Sequence record: OQ603353.1
Length of the DNA: 64,000 nt
Direction: 5' to 3' (one strand)
Shown: piece by piece, positions 41,276 to 51,383 of the stretch
Numbering within the stretch: the stretch's first letter is position 1
Layout of the letters: every line of letters starts with the position of its first letter
Made by a program: the position numbers and the translations under genes
Notes under the pieces: model-generated
The model's database searches: none
What the model saw: only the letters and a program-made list of their open reading frames with translations
What the model was told of the DNA's origin: nothing

Positions 41276-41845
41276 ATGACTGCCCCGATCAGGCTATACG
41301 ACCCTTTCGTCGTCACCTACTACGTGCAGGACAAGGAAGCTTTGATGGCCAACCATCGGTCCCTGTTCTCCGTTGATGAAGTAAACAAGATGCGCTTCCC
41401 GATCGTCATCGGTATGGATGACGTGCCTCAGTGGATGAATGCACAGGAGTACCGGGACCATCTAGGCGTCCGCATGCAGGCGCTCAATCGCTACCTGTTC
41501 CCTCCGGACTTTAACCTAGATCGCATCCTCTATGTAACCTTGGGCGATCAGCAGGTACCGATTCAGCTTACGCACGCTGAGAGCGTGTTGTTGCATTGCC
41601 TGATGGAAGCTAATCGGGTAGTGAGTAACGGCGAACTCTTGAATTTGCTGGAGTCGCTGCCCACACGCAATGGTAAGGAGCGGAATTACACCAAGAGCAC
41701 GCGCTCTAGTCTAGTGCACGTCATGACGTATCGGATACGGTCGAAGGTGCGCCGCATCGGTGGCCCTACGCTGCTTGAGGTTATGCACGGTGTAGGCTGC
41801 CGTTACGTAGGTGGTTCAAACTTCTCTATGGCACAGGTGAATTGA
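41276..41845 (+). CDS. OmpR/PhoB-type winged-helix DNA-binding protein without receiver domain
   Basis: IQLTHAESVLLHCLM...VVSNGELL...VHVMTYRIRSKV...EVMHGVGCRY. Confidence 0.78.
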   Translation: MTAPIRLYDPFVVTYYVQDKEALMANHRSLFSVDEVNKMRFPIVIGMDDVPQWMNAQEYRDHLGVRMQALNRYLFPPDFNLDRILYVTLGDQQVPIQLTHAESVLLHCLMEANRVVSNGELLNLLESLPTRNGKERNYTKSTRSSLVHVMTYRIRSKVRRIGGPTLLEVMHGVGCRYVGGSNFSMAQVN

Positions 41846-41846
41846 A

Positions 41847-42365
41847 ATGAGCGATCCGATGACGGGCACCTTGCCCGCAGTAGAAGAACTGAAAGACGAT
41901 ATGGGCTTCAACAATGTTGGCCCGACCTTGAGCAGCAAGCTGTTTCAAGTGTGTGCACAAGAACTGCGTGAGTGGTATCAGAAGCGAGGTCACAAGACCT
42001 ACCCGGCTGACGCTCCGTTCCTGACACGCGAAAAGAAGATGCCGGCCAACACACGGCTGATTCTGATCTACCCATCCAAAGGCCGCTACGTTGTTCTGCG
42101 CCGCGATCCGGGCAACCTCACTCCGCCGACAGTCGAGTATTCGCTGGCGCGATTCGCAGTGGTGTCAGCAAAGGCACTCAAGAAACTCAACCCCGAGAGC
42201 ACATTTGTCGTAGCACGTGCCCTGCGTTCAGAATGCTGGTGGGAGTACCCTCACTATCCACGCAACGCACGTCGCAAGATTGCTCCACGCGACCTGAATC
42301 CCGTTGATCTGGCAGACTCTTACGCTGTCATCTTCACCACCGACCTTACCGCCAAGACGCCCTGA
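41847..42365 (+). CDS. hypothetical protein
   Basis: ORF track. Confidence 0.6.
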   Translation: MSDPMTGTLPAVEELKDDMGFNNVGPTLSSKLFQVCAQELREWYQKRGHKTYPADAPFLTREKKMPANTRLILIYPSKGRYVVLRRDPGNLTPPTVEYSLARFAVVSAKALKKLNPESTFVVARALRSECWWEYPHYPRNARRKIAPRDLNPVDLADSYAVIFTTDLTAKTP

Positions 42366-42371
42366 TTGCAT

Positions 42372-42409
42372 AGGGTGCCAAAATGGCAACGGTGCCAAAA
42401 TGGCACCCT
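42372..42409. repeat. tandem pair of TGCCA-AAA-TGGCA inside an AGGGTGCCA/TGGCACCCT inverted repeat
   Basis: Copies at 42376-42388 and 42393-42405. Confidence 0.88.
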
Positions 42410-42426
42410 CGATTATTGGAGTCTTC

Positions 42427-42942
42427 ATGGCCGTTGAAATCGAACGCAAGTGGTTTGTGAAATCCCAGGAATGGGAGAAGCAATCCACTATGCACTACTC
42501 TATCGTGCAGGGCTACTTGGCAATGTCTGCCGACGCGACTGTTCGGGTGCGTAACGGAGACAAGGGTGCACAGGTGTGCATCAAATCAAGAAACGCAGGT
42601 GTGTCACGTCAGGAATTTGAATACCGAATCCCTGCCGAAGATGCAGATGCACTGATGAACATGTGCAGCCTCATCGTTAGCAAGACCCGTCACCTTGTTC
42701 CCTACGGAGGTCACACCTTTGAGGTTGACGTTTTCCACGGGCCCCTGCAAGGCTTTGTTATGGTCGAGCTTGAACTCAAGAGCGAAGACGAAGAGTTTGC
42801 CTTGCCAGAATGGCTCGGTAAGGAAGTCACCAAGTACCGCTGCTGTTACAACGAAGACCTTGCACGCTTGGTACGTGCTAACCCCGACACCAACATCTAT
42901 CGCCTGTTGAAACAGGAAATGGAGGCGGAGGATGGACGTTAA
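42427..42942 (+). CDS. CYTH-family (triphosphate tunnel) protein
   Basis: EIERKW, QGYL, VRVR, RQEFEY, SKTRHLV, FEVDVF, VELEL. Confidence 0.9.
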   Translation: MAVEIERKWFVKSQEWEKQSTMHYSIVQGYLAMSADATVRVRNGDKGAQVCIKSRNAGVSRQEFEYRIPAEDADALMNMCSLIVSKTRHLVPYGGHTFEVDVFHGPLQGFVMVELELKSEDEEFALPEWLGKEVTKYRCCYNEDLARLVRANPDTNIYRLLKQEMEAEDGR

Positions 42943-43339
42943 AATTCCTGGGCTTAACCTTGAGTACGTGCGTGCCATTACAGGTGTCACTTCCCGAACC
43001 ATAGCCATGTGGCAGAGTGGCAAGGCCCTGCCGACGATGAAACAGATGGACGTAATCGAAACGGTTAACGCCATCCTCGCCAACTGCCCTTCGGTACACC
43101 ATCAAATCGCAACCTCGCATGTTCTGTCGTATGGCCTCAAGCAACCCATCGAGGGTTTCAATACGCTGGCCGAGTTGTGTCAGGCTGCGTGTCAGGAACG
43201 CAACCCACAATTGCACTCACTGCTGATTAGCGGGATTGCTGAGTTTGAGGCGGAGATTGAGGCGCATGCAAAACGTCTAGCACGTCCCCGTGCTCGCCAC
43301 CCTAACCGAGCGTGGGAATCCGAGTACCCATCCTGCTAA
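42932..43339 (+). CDS. HTH (XRE-like) protein
   Basis: LEYVRAITGVTSRTIAMWQSGKALP. Confidence 0.65.
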   Translation: MDVKIPGLNLEYVRAITGVTSRTIAMWQSGKALPTMKQMDVIETVNAILANCPSVHHQIATSHVLSYGLKQPIEGFNTLAELCQAACQERNPQLHSLLISGIAEFEAEIEAHAKRLARPRARHPNRAWESEYPSC

Positions 43340-43348
43340 GGAACGCAC

Positions 43349-43789
43349 ATGTATACGCCTTATCAATACGAGTGCAAATGCAAATGTCACGTGCCGGACT
43401 CCACGGTAGTCCACGATACACCTTGCTGCAAGCCTAATCCTACTCAGCAGGAAATGATCCTTCGGGAGCTACTGGCCAGCTACGCAGGCAGTCCACTGTT
43501 GTATCGGGACGATGGTGAGTTGCAGGACAGTGAGATTGACTTCCTGCGCGATCATCCAATAGAGATTGCCAAGAAGCTGACCACTCGGGCGCTGATGAAA
43601 GTTGCAGCCGCACGGCAACGCATAGAAATCAAAGAGTTTGAGCACGTGCATCCGTGCCACATGGAAACGTGTGCGTGTTCAACGCATGTTCTGTACCTTG
43701 ATGGCGTAGCACTCACCGACGGTTCGCGGAAAGAACTTGAATTCATCGAACGTCACCTCCGTAGTTCACTGGCGAATAGTAGTGCATGA
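43349..43789 (+). CDS. hypothetical protein with Cys-rich N-terminus
   Basis: AAGGA RBS; CKCKCH...PCC. Confidence 0.6.
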   Translation: MYTPYQYECKCKCHVPDSTVVHDTPCCKPNPTQQEMILRELLASYAGSPLLYRDDGELQDSEIDFLRDHPIEIAKKLTTRALMKVAAARQRIEIKEFEHVHPCHMETCACSTHVLYLDGVALTDGSRKELEFIERHLRSSLANSSA

Positions 43790-44019
43790 ACGTCTTCAAG
43801 GATTGGCTCACACGGAACAACTTGACGCTAATCCAAGGAGCAAAGGAACTGGACTTGGGGAAGCGGACTATCGCACGTTACTGTGCCGAACCATCTGAGG
43901 TTCCCGAGATAAGTATCCTCGCGCTGGCAGGCTGGGAGTTCAGCAAAGGCAAGAGGAAGCAAGCTACTGCATTGTGCGAGCTTGTCGAGAAACTCAAAAA
44001 GAAGAGGATGAAGTCGTGA
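43786..44019 (+). CDS. small HTH protein
   Basis: NNLTLIQGAKELDLGKRTIARY. Confidence 0.6.
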   Translation: MNVFKDWLTRNNLTLIQGAKELDLGKRTIARYCAEPSEVPEISILALAGWEFSKGKRKQATALCELVEKLKKKRMKS

Positions 44020-45705
44020 CCGAACAGAAAGAAACGTTTGAAGAATTCCGAGCACGCAAGCAAGCAGAGTTGCAGCCGCATCTGCAAGACACCTTCCAAG
44101 GTGACGATGCCCGTCTGATCGCATCGGTTGAGTCCTTGATTGCAATGGACCTTGACGGCGTGTTGGTGCCGCATGGTATCGGTGGTACGGGTCGATCCCT
44201 GCTGGCTTCACTGGCCTCACGACTGCGCATCCTGAACGAGGTCATGGAGCACGTGGACCCTGCACAACTGCCGGGCCTTCCTTCTGAACTGCGGTTCAAG
44301 CTGGGTGCCTACGCAAAACCAGCAGGTTCTATCCCACGCCTGATCGTGGAACCCACCACGCCTGACGAACATCGTGCCCTGTCGGAACATCTTAATTCGT
44401 TGAAGCGTGAGCAGCTGGTCACCGACGATCAAAGTGAAGCCAAGGCCAAGCTGCTGACCCTGATGCAGAGTCGCCGTTCCGAACGTGCTCCCATTGATGG
44501 GGATCACAAGGATGGCCTCGACCGCATGTTCTCGGACATCGTGCACGAACGTGCTATCGACCTTGGCGCCATTGGCGAAGATAGCTGGTTCGAGTTCGAC
44601 AGTCAGGAGAAGCTGGAAGAATACATCAAGCTTGTCATGCAGGACTGGATGCCCACCATGATCGAAGGCACCGAAGTCAGCGTTGACCTTGACTCCATAT
44701 TTGGTTCCGAAGGTCGTCGCCTGTTTGGTACGGTTACTTGCGCGCAGGAGCACAATGGTCACAACGGCGTCATCCTGCTGATGCAGGAGCCGGAACCAAA
44801 CTGGAATCACTTCCCTACGCGAGAGGGTGTGGATGCAGACAACGATCCAGTGTGGACCGGACGCTTTGAAGCGCAAGGCCAGTGCATGATTTCGTCCACC
44901 ACCGAAGGCGTCGTCATTTCCAATGGGGCCCGCGTTGCGTTCCTAGGCCCACGCGAAGTCAACAAGTAACGGAGCTGTCATGACAAGAAGTGTATACTCA
45001 GAACGCCGCGAGCAATTCCAAGCCATCTTGGCTAGTCGTGATCCGGATTTCCTGCCCTACATCACGCAATGGATAGACTACGAAGGCAACCACAAGAACC
45101 GGCTCAAGATGGTACACGACATTGAACTCAAGGACGGGCGTGTCCTCACCGAGTATCGACCCAACGGTTCGGGATGGTATGCCAACGTTGATCGCAAGGG
45201 AGAACCTACTCGGGTTGATGATAGTCAAGTGAAGCGCATTCGCTTGTCCTTGCGCCAGTATCCGTGGGAGGCTGATCCGAATGATGGCAACTGATGATGG
45301 TCCTACCCCAACAGAGCAGGAGCTAGTCCGCGCTGCTATCGAACGCCTGCGTCAATTGCCGGTGGGCGTATTTCATTTCGATCCACAACTTGCATCCCTA
45401 GTTCAGCAAATTAAAGCAATTCGGAGGACTACCTCTTGAAGCTTAAATGGCAGTCAGTTAGCAAGATGGTCAGCTTCGGGCCGCACACCCGAGGCATGAG
45501 AATGCAACAGGTTGACGAAGCTCGCTATGCGGGCTATGTCGCTGCGATTACGCCAGAGAACGTTGTCCTGATTCATCCCGACGACACAACGCCTGCCACT
45601 TATGGAAGTCAGCGCGTGAGCATCCATATCCACGCGGGCAACCGAGAGAGTGCTCAGGAGTTTGCGGTAGCTACCCTCAAGGCACTGGAGAAGGTGAACG
45701 CGTAA
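44016..45705 (+). other. hypothetical genes (44016-44969, 44980-45294, ~45284-45440, 45436-45705)
   Basis: Coupled ORFs. Confidence 0.6.
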
Positions 45706-46127
45706 TGGACTTCGTGGCTGGTCCGATATTGATGTTTCGCAACACACACGTGGCAATGATTCACCGCCGCGATAACAACAAGTGGGTGATCCCGGGTGGT
45801 AAGCCTGACCACAACGAGTTGCCTGTCATGACAGCGATTCGTGAACTCAAGGAAGAGACGGGCATCGACTTGCTTTCACTGGGCTACATCAGCATGGATA
45901 TGCAACCCTGCTGGTTTGCTTCGCCTAAGCTGGGTGTGCCGTCCAAGCACACACTCATTCTGTACTACCTGGTACAGGTAGACGAAATGTATCCCATCCA
46001 CAACATTGAACCTGCCAAGCATCACGATGCACAATGGATCGACCTCAAAGAACTGGGTCGCTACAACGTGGGCTCACGTGATTTGCAGGCACTCCGTAAC
46101 GCTCGACTTCTGCAACGAGGACGCTAA
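45705..46127 (+). CDS. Nudix hydrolase
   Basis: Nudix box PGGKPDHNELPVMTAIRELKEETG. Confidence 0.9.
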   Translation: MDFVAGPILMFRNTHVAMIHRRDNNKWVIPGGKPDHNELPVMTAIRELKEETGIDLLSLGYISMDMQPCWFASPKLGVPSKHTLILYYLVQVDEMYPIHNIEPAKHHDAQWIDLKELGRYNVGSRDLQALRNARLLQRGR

Positions 46128-46577
46128 TGCTTCTTACCCATAAGCTGAACCCACTGGTATTCCTGACTGGCGCAAATGATCTTGAACAGGCCCGACGCAT
46201 CATTGCAGTTGAGGAAGGACTCATGCAGCGCCCTGACCTCCGGCACCTTACTGTGATCCCCACCAAGGAGCAGCAGGAGGCCCACATCAATCGGACTCTC
46301 AAGGAAATGGATGATGAAACGCCAGCAGCGTAAGTTCCTGTTCGGTGCTCTGTACCTCGTTTGCGTTCTCCTGTTTGCGTTCTTTATCAACCGTACTTAC
46401 GTGATCGGGAAGAACTTGGACAGTAAGCAGAACGCAATCAACACGGAATGGTGTGAAGAACGTGGTGGTCACCTAACGTTCCAGCGATACCCGCCACGCA
46501 CATTCTGCATGAAGGACGGCGTAGAGGTTGAACCGCAGTATCTCAAGTCCGAAGTTTGGATTGGCACTACCCCTTAA
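46127..46577 (+). other. two small hypothetical genes (46127-46333, 46311-46577, the second with an N-terminal TM helix)
   Basis: Coupled ORFs. Confidence 0.6.
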
Positions 46578-46594
46578 TACCGCAATCTCAATAG

Positions 46595-46602
46595 TGTAAA
46601 TA
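46595..46602 (+). promoter_or_regulatory. candidate phage promoter TGTAAATA
   Basis: Intergenic, ahead of the nucleotide-metabolism block. Confidence 0.6.
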
Positions 46603-46661
46603 ACCTATGGGTGGTATGCTCCGGCATGCCGCTCATTTTTCATTTCCCAATCGGAGTTTCC

Positions 46662-47471
46662 ATGTCTCATCAGCAACTCAATGCCAACGTCAATAACCTC
46701 GTAGGCAATACCCCGAACGCCCACCCGCTGCTGCGCATTCTGACCTCGCAGGGTCGGATCATCAAGCAGGAAGCGGAAGAGTTGATGGCCGCTATTCTGG
46801 CCAAGGACATTACCGAAGTTCGTGACGGTCTGAGCGACGTGATCGTTACCACTGACGGCATGTACCATCGTCTCGGCATCGAGGGTGCCGATCTGGAAGA
46901 AGTGGCAAAGGGTGCGGCTGACGTTTCTGCCGTGTACTCGGGCAAGAGCGCATCTTCCCTGCTGAGTATCGTGCTGGAGCAGATCAACGCTCAGATCAAC
47001 TTCCTTGCTGTCGTCGGTGGCCTGACCCAGGATCAATTGGACGGCATGGCATTCAAGAGCCACACTTCCACGAAGGAACAGGCCAACGAAGCTTGGATCA
47101 AGGATACCATTGCCAGCTGCGATAGCCTGCGCCGCTCTGCCTACCTGTTGTCTTCCATGTTCGGTGTTGACATTGCTGCCGATCAGCAGGCCGTGTACGA
47201 GTCGAACATGAGCAAGTTCGACACCGACCGCAGCGTGGCTGAGGAAGGCGTCGGTCGCTACTGGCGTACCGTTGGTGTCGAAGTGGAAATCTTCCCAAAC
47301 ACCATCAACGACGTGGAATACTTTGTCCTCAAGTCGGCCAGGGATCAGAAGGGCACTGACGGTAAGGACTACCCCGCTGGCAAGTTCCTCAAGTCCAGCA
47401 ACTTCTTCGAGCCGCGCTTCCAGCCCTTGCCGGAAGACGCACCCATCTTTGAAATCCTCGCTTCCAAGTAA
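46662..47471 (+). CDS. MazG/HisE-like (DR2231-type) nucleoside triphosphate pyrophosphohydrolase
   Basis: QEAEEL...EVRDGLSDV; VYESNMSK; GKFLKSSNFFEP. Confidence 0.8.
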   Translation: MSHQQLNANVNNLVGNTPNAHPLLRILTSQGRIIKQEAEELMAAILAKDITEVRDGLSDVIVTTDGMYHRLGIEGADLEEVAKGAADVSAVYSGKSASSLLSIVLEQINAQINFLAVVGGLTQDQLDGMAFKSHTSTKEQANEAWIKDTIASCDSLRRSAYLLSSMFGVDIAADQQAVYESNMSKFDTDRSVAEEGVGRYWRTVGVEVEIFPNTINDVEYFVLKSARDQKGTDGKDYPAGKFLKSSNFFEPRFQPLPEDAPIFEILASK

Positions 47472-48304
47472 TGAAGGCTGTACTGACTGTTTCCAACAAT
47501 TGCATCGCGGATACCCTCAAGCTCGTCAACCGATGGGCTGAGGGTCATCCAAAGAAACCGAAAGTCGAGTTGATTGGCTTCGGAGAAAAGCTGCGTGACG
47601 CAGACGTGCTGTTGCTGCCTGCTTCTTCCATGCTGTATAGCGCACGGGAAAAGTTGGCCAAGATGAAGTCGGTGGTGATTGTGTTTGACGCCCCCCTCCA
47701 GTGCACGATGATCCAACCAGCAACGCATCTGGACATTGAGTATCAGCGTCCTAGCTACAAGTGTGCGTTCCGTAAGCTGACTCAGGGATTGGTCAGTGAA
47801 GAACTGGATAAGGCGTTCGGGGCAAAGTCTGTTGACATTGAGTGGGAGCGGATTGAAGTCGCTCCGCGTTTGATGAATCAGCAGCTTACCAGCATCCTGA
47901 ATCCGATCATGACGTTCCTGCATTCTGTGCGTGATCCTGACAACAGGCAGCACTATCAGAAGCTGGTATACACATGGTTGTTCTCTGACGCTCCCGTCAG
48001 TGCGCTACAATCCAAGGTCATGGAAGATGGTAACTACAAGAAGGTTCCTGCCGCACTTGCCAAGTTGGTCGAAGCTATGACGCCAATGGACAAGGCACGC
48101 GAGGCATTCCGCGAAGTCCTGAGCAGGACGGAAGCGGGTAAGGCGGTGAGCTACAAGAAGTTGAGTGCGAAGTACGGAGTGGCTGTGTTTGACCTCCGGT
48201 ATACGATGAGTGTTGTCCGCAAACTTGGCAAGTATCATGTGGTTCAAAAGACGGTCAAAGAACTGTATGACACCCGCCAGAAAGAGAAGCGGTTGAAGGA
48301 ATGA
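47471..48304 (+). CDS. hypothetical protein
   Basis: 277-aa coupled ORF. Confidence 0.7.
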   Translation: MKAVLTVSNNCIADTLKLVNRWAEGHPKKPKVELIGFGEKLRDADVLLLPASSMLYSAREKLAKMKSVVIVFDAPLQCTMIQPATHLDIEYQRPSYKCAFRKLTQGLVSEELDKAFGAKSVDIEWERIEVAPRLMNQQLTSILNPIMTFLHSVRDPDNRQHYQKLVYTWLFSDAPVSALQSKVMEDGNYKKVPAALAKLVEAMTPMDKAREAFREVLSRTEAGKAVSYKKLSAKYGVAVFDLRYTMSVVRKLGKYHVVQKTVKELYDTRQKEKRLKE

Positions 48305-48364
48305 AATTTTGCAATTTCATCTTGCCCCTCTGAGGGCATTCCCAAACTCATCGGACTACTGACC

Positions 48365-48706
48365 ATGAAAGAAATCTCCATTGAATCACTTGACCATCTG
48401 GACGAAGTGGTCGCCAGCAACCCGCTGGTGATCGCCAAGTTCGGTAAGGACAACTGCCCCGGCTGCAACGCTCTGGATATTACCTTGCAGAACATGCGTA
48501 GCAAGGCGGAGTACACTGAGGTGGTTGTTGCTAACGTCAAGTTGGAGAAGATCGGCCGTGATGAATTCATCACTGTAGCACGTGCAGCCCCTACCACTCT
48601 GCTGTATCGGTATGGGGACGAAGTGTACCGCCTCAACAGCTTTACTGGCGCGGTGCCTTTCATCAGTGCAGTTGACCAGCATCTGCTGTCCAGCTGTGAA
48701 GCGTAA
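48365..48706 (+). CDS. thioredoxin-like protein
   Basis: KFGKDNCPGCN, PT, adjacent to RNR. Confidence 0.88.
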   Translation: MKEISIESLDHLDEVVASNPLVIAKFGKDNCPGCNALDITLQNMRSKAEYTEVVVANVKLEKIGRDEFITVARAAPTTLLYRYGDEVYRLNSFTGAVPFISAVDQHLLSSCEA

Positions 48707-48781
48707 GTGAATTAAATCCAACTAATAGACCAAGGGCGTACAGGGCTGACACCCAACTACGTCGGCGGTTGCAGGTGAACC

Positions 48782-51376
48782 ATGATTAAGACGATTATCA
48801 AGCGGGACGGGCGAGTAGAAGATTTTAGCCCGGAGAAGATCAATGGATGGGGCGTGTGGGCAGCACAATCCCTAGGCGGTTACGTAGATTGGTCCGGCGT
48901 CGTGATGACTGCCGTGGCGGGTCTGCCTGAATACTGCGATAGTGAGAAGCTGCAACTGGCGCTCATCCAAGCCTGTCTGGACCAAGCGGATTGGGCACAC
49001 AATCGTATGGCGGGACGTCTCTACACCGCACTGCGTCGCAAGCAACTGTTCGATGGCAAGGTTCCGACCTACCGCGAACTGCAAGAGCGTATGGCTGAAC
49101 ACCTCGGTGATGTGGTCGAGCGTTATGACTACACCGATGCTGATTGGGAAAAGATCGAGGGCATGATTGACCATGACCGAGACTTTGGCTATGCGTACTT
49201 CCAGACGGATCATATCCGCAGGAAGTATTCGCTGCGCGACCGTGTTGCAGGTAAGGAGTACGAAACTCCGCAGTTCACCTTTATGCGTATGGCGAGTGCG
49301 CTTGCGCATGATGAACCCAAGGCCACTCGCCTTGAGCACACCCGGAAGTGGTACGACCACTTCTCGTACAACCGCATCAACGCTCCGACCCCTAATTGGG
49401 TCAACCTCGGTACGTCGCATCGTGGTTACGCGTCGTGCTGCTTGTATACCACGCTGGACACGGAGCCCTCATTGGAAGTGGGCGACCATATCGCGCGCGC
49501 CATGACGGCGCAGAGTGCAGGCATCGGCGGCATCATCCAGAGCCGGAGCCTGAGCGACAAGGTGCGTGGTGGTTTGATCGAGCATCAGGGTAAGCTGCCC
49601 TACTACACTGCACTGGCTGGCGCTGTGAAGTCCAGTTTGCAGAACGGTCGCGGTGGTGCGTGCACTACTTACTTCTCGGTCTACGACCCTGAGATTGAAG
49701 TGCTGATTCGCCTCAAGCACCCGCTTACCCCGGAAGAGAAACAGAACCTTGACATTGACTACAACGTCATCTTCAATCGGTTCTTCGTGCGACAGGCCGC
49801 ACTGAATAAACAGGTGTTCCTGTTCAACATCAAGTCGGCTCCTGATCTGTGGGAGGCACAGTTCCAAGGCAACCCGGGACTGTTCGAGTCCTTGTACGCC
49901 AAGTACGAGGCCGATGATTCGTTCGTCAAGAAGTACGTCAGCGCTCGCAAGCTGGCGGTGAATGTCATCAACGTTGGTCTGGAGACGGGTCGCCTGTACC
50001 TGTTCAACAGCGACGAGGTGAACATCCACACTCCGTTCAACGACTCCATCTACAGCAGCAACCTGTGTGCTGAAATCACTGAACCGACCTACGGTTACGA
50101 GTCGATGCCTGACCTGTATACCAATGGCCCGGTTGGCTACGTCGAACTGGAAATGACCAACTGCGATCTGACCCTTACTGCACCTAGTAAGGTCAAGGTC
50201 CGCCGCTCGGTCCGCAAGTACGCACGTCACGAACACCCCGGCAAGCTTGTCTCGTATCGGGATGAGAAGGGCCACCTTATCCCGGGGCCGTTCATTGAAA
50301 GCATTCAGGACATTTTCATTGCCGCACAGGAAATCCAGGATGGCGACATTATTCTGGAGGGGCAGACGCTTGAAATGCGTATGCGGGATGGGCGCATTGA
50401 GCAGCGGACGTGGGATGAACCGCAGACGGTCTACAAGATTGTCAAGCTCAAGAAGGAACCGGAAGTCGCAATGTGCTCGCTGGCCGCGCTGTGCGTGCAC
50501 AACATTCATTCCCAGGAAGAGTACGAGGACGCTGCTTACTACGCCCTCAAGATGATCGACAAGGCTATCCACCTGTCGGATCACCCGCTGCCCCACGTTG
50601 CATGGAGCAGCCGTCAACGCCTGTCCGCTGGTGTTGGCATGACGGGTGTTGCGTACTACATGGCTCGCAAGAAGCTCAAGTTCAACTCGCCGGAAGGCAT
50701 GCGTGAACTGCATCGACTGGCCGAGCGTCACATGTATGCCCTCATCAAGGCTTCGCTGCGCCTCGGTAAGGAACTCGGAAACGCACCGTGGATGCACCGT
50801 ACCAAGTGGCCTCAGGGTTGGATGCCCATCGACACCTACAACCATCGGATCGATGAGTACGCTGACTTCCCGCTGGAACAGGATTGGGAAAGCCTGCGTG
50901 CAGAAGTGATTGCCAATGGTGGTATTCGACACTCGGTCGTGTGCGCGCACATGCCTGTGGAGAGTTCCTCGAAGGCTTCCGGCGGTCCCAACTCGCTGTA
51001 CCCTGTTCGTGGGCTCGACCTGTCCAAGACGGATCGCGGTTCAGCACTTGAGTGGGTGGCAAACGATGACGTGAAGCTGCGTCGTCACTACCAGCTGGCG
51101 TGGGATATTCCCATGTCGGATATGGTCAAGGTGTACGGCATCTTCCAGAAGTTCTGCGATCAGGCCATCAGTGCTGATATGTGGCTCAAGCTGGAGGCAG
51201 ACGCATCCATTACGGATCGTGATCTGCTGCAACACATGATTGATATGACTCGCTACGGCATGAAGACTCGGTACTACTTCAACAGCATGACCTCCATCGT
51301 TGGTGACGACGGCGAAGTTACGCTGGTCGAAACCGAAAAAGAGAACGCCTGCACCAGCGGCGCGTGCGACGTTTAA
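48782..51376 (+). CDS. nrdA: class Ia ribonucleotide reductase alpha subunit
   Basis: ATP cone (IIKRDG), YASCCLY, SNLCAEI, AMCSL, C-terminal CTSGAC. Confidence 0.96.
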   Translation: MIKTIIKRDGRVEDFSPEKINGWGVWAAQSLGGYVDWSGVVMTAVAGLPEYCDSEKLQLALIQACLDQADWAHNRMAGRLYTALRRKQLFDGKVPTYRELQERMAEHLGDVVERYDYTDADWEKIEGMIDHDRDFGYAYFQTDHIRRKYSLRDRVAGKEYETPQFTFMRMASALAHDEPKATRLEHTRKWYDHFSYNRINAPTPNWVNLGTSHRGYASCCLYTTLDTEPSLEVGDHIARAMTAQSAGIGGIIQSRSLSDKVRGGLIEHQGKLPYYTALAGAVKSSLQNGRGGACTTYFSVYDPEIEVLIRLKHPLTPEEKQNLDIDYNVIFNRFFVRQAALNKQVFLFNIKSAPDLWEAQFQGNPGLFESLYAKYEADDSFVKKYVSARKLAVNVINVGLETGRLYLFNSDEVNIHTPFNDSIYSSNLCAEITEPTYGYESMPDLYTNGPVGYVELEMTNCDLTLTAPSKVKVRRSVRKYARHEHPGKLVSYRDEKGHLIPGPFIESIQDIFIAAQEIQDGDIILEGQTLEMRMRDGRIEQRTWDEPQTVYKIVKLKKEPEVAMCSLAALCVHNIHSQEEYEDAAYYALKMIDKAIHLSDHPLPHVAWSSRQRLSAGVGMTGVAYYMARKKLKFNSPEGMRELHRLAERHMYALIKASLRLGKELGNAPWMHRTKWPQGWMPIDTYNHRIDEYADFPLEQDWESLRAEVIANGGIRHSVVCAHMPVESSSKASGGPNSLYPVRGLDLSKTDRGSALEWVANDDVKLRRHYQLAWDIPMSDMVKVYGIFQKFCDQAISADMWLKLEADASITDRDLLQHMIDMTRYGMKTRYYFNSMTSIVGDDGEVTLVETEKENACTSGACDV

Positions 51377-51383
51377 GGAGAAC

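Noticed and set aside
18805-42405. TGGCA motif as a sigma54 -24 box
   Set aside because: No TTGC at the -12 position; the motif is a symmetric palindrome found in both orientations.
50120-50455. Functional intein in NrdA
   Set aside because: No C-terminal HN followed by C/S/T, and no convincing block-A start.
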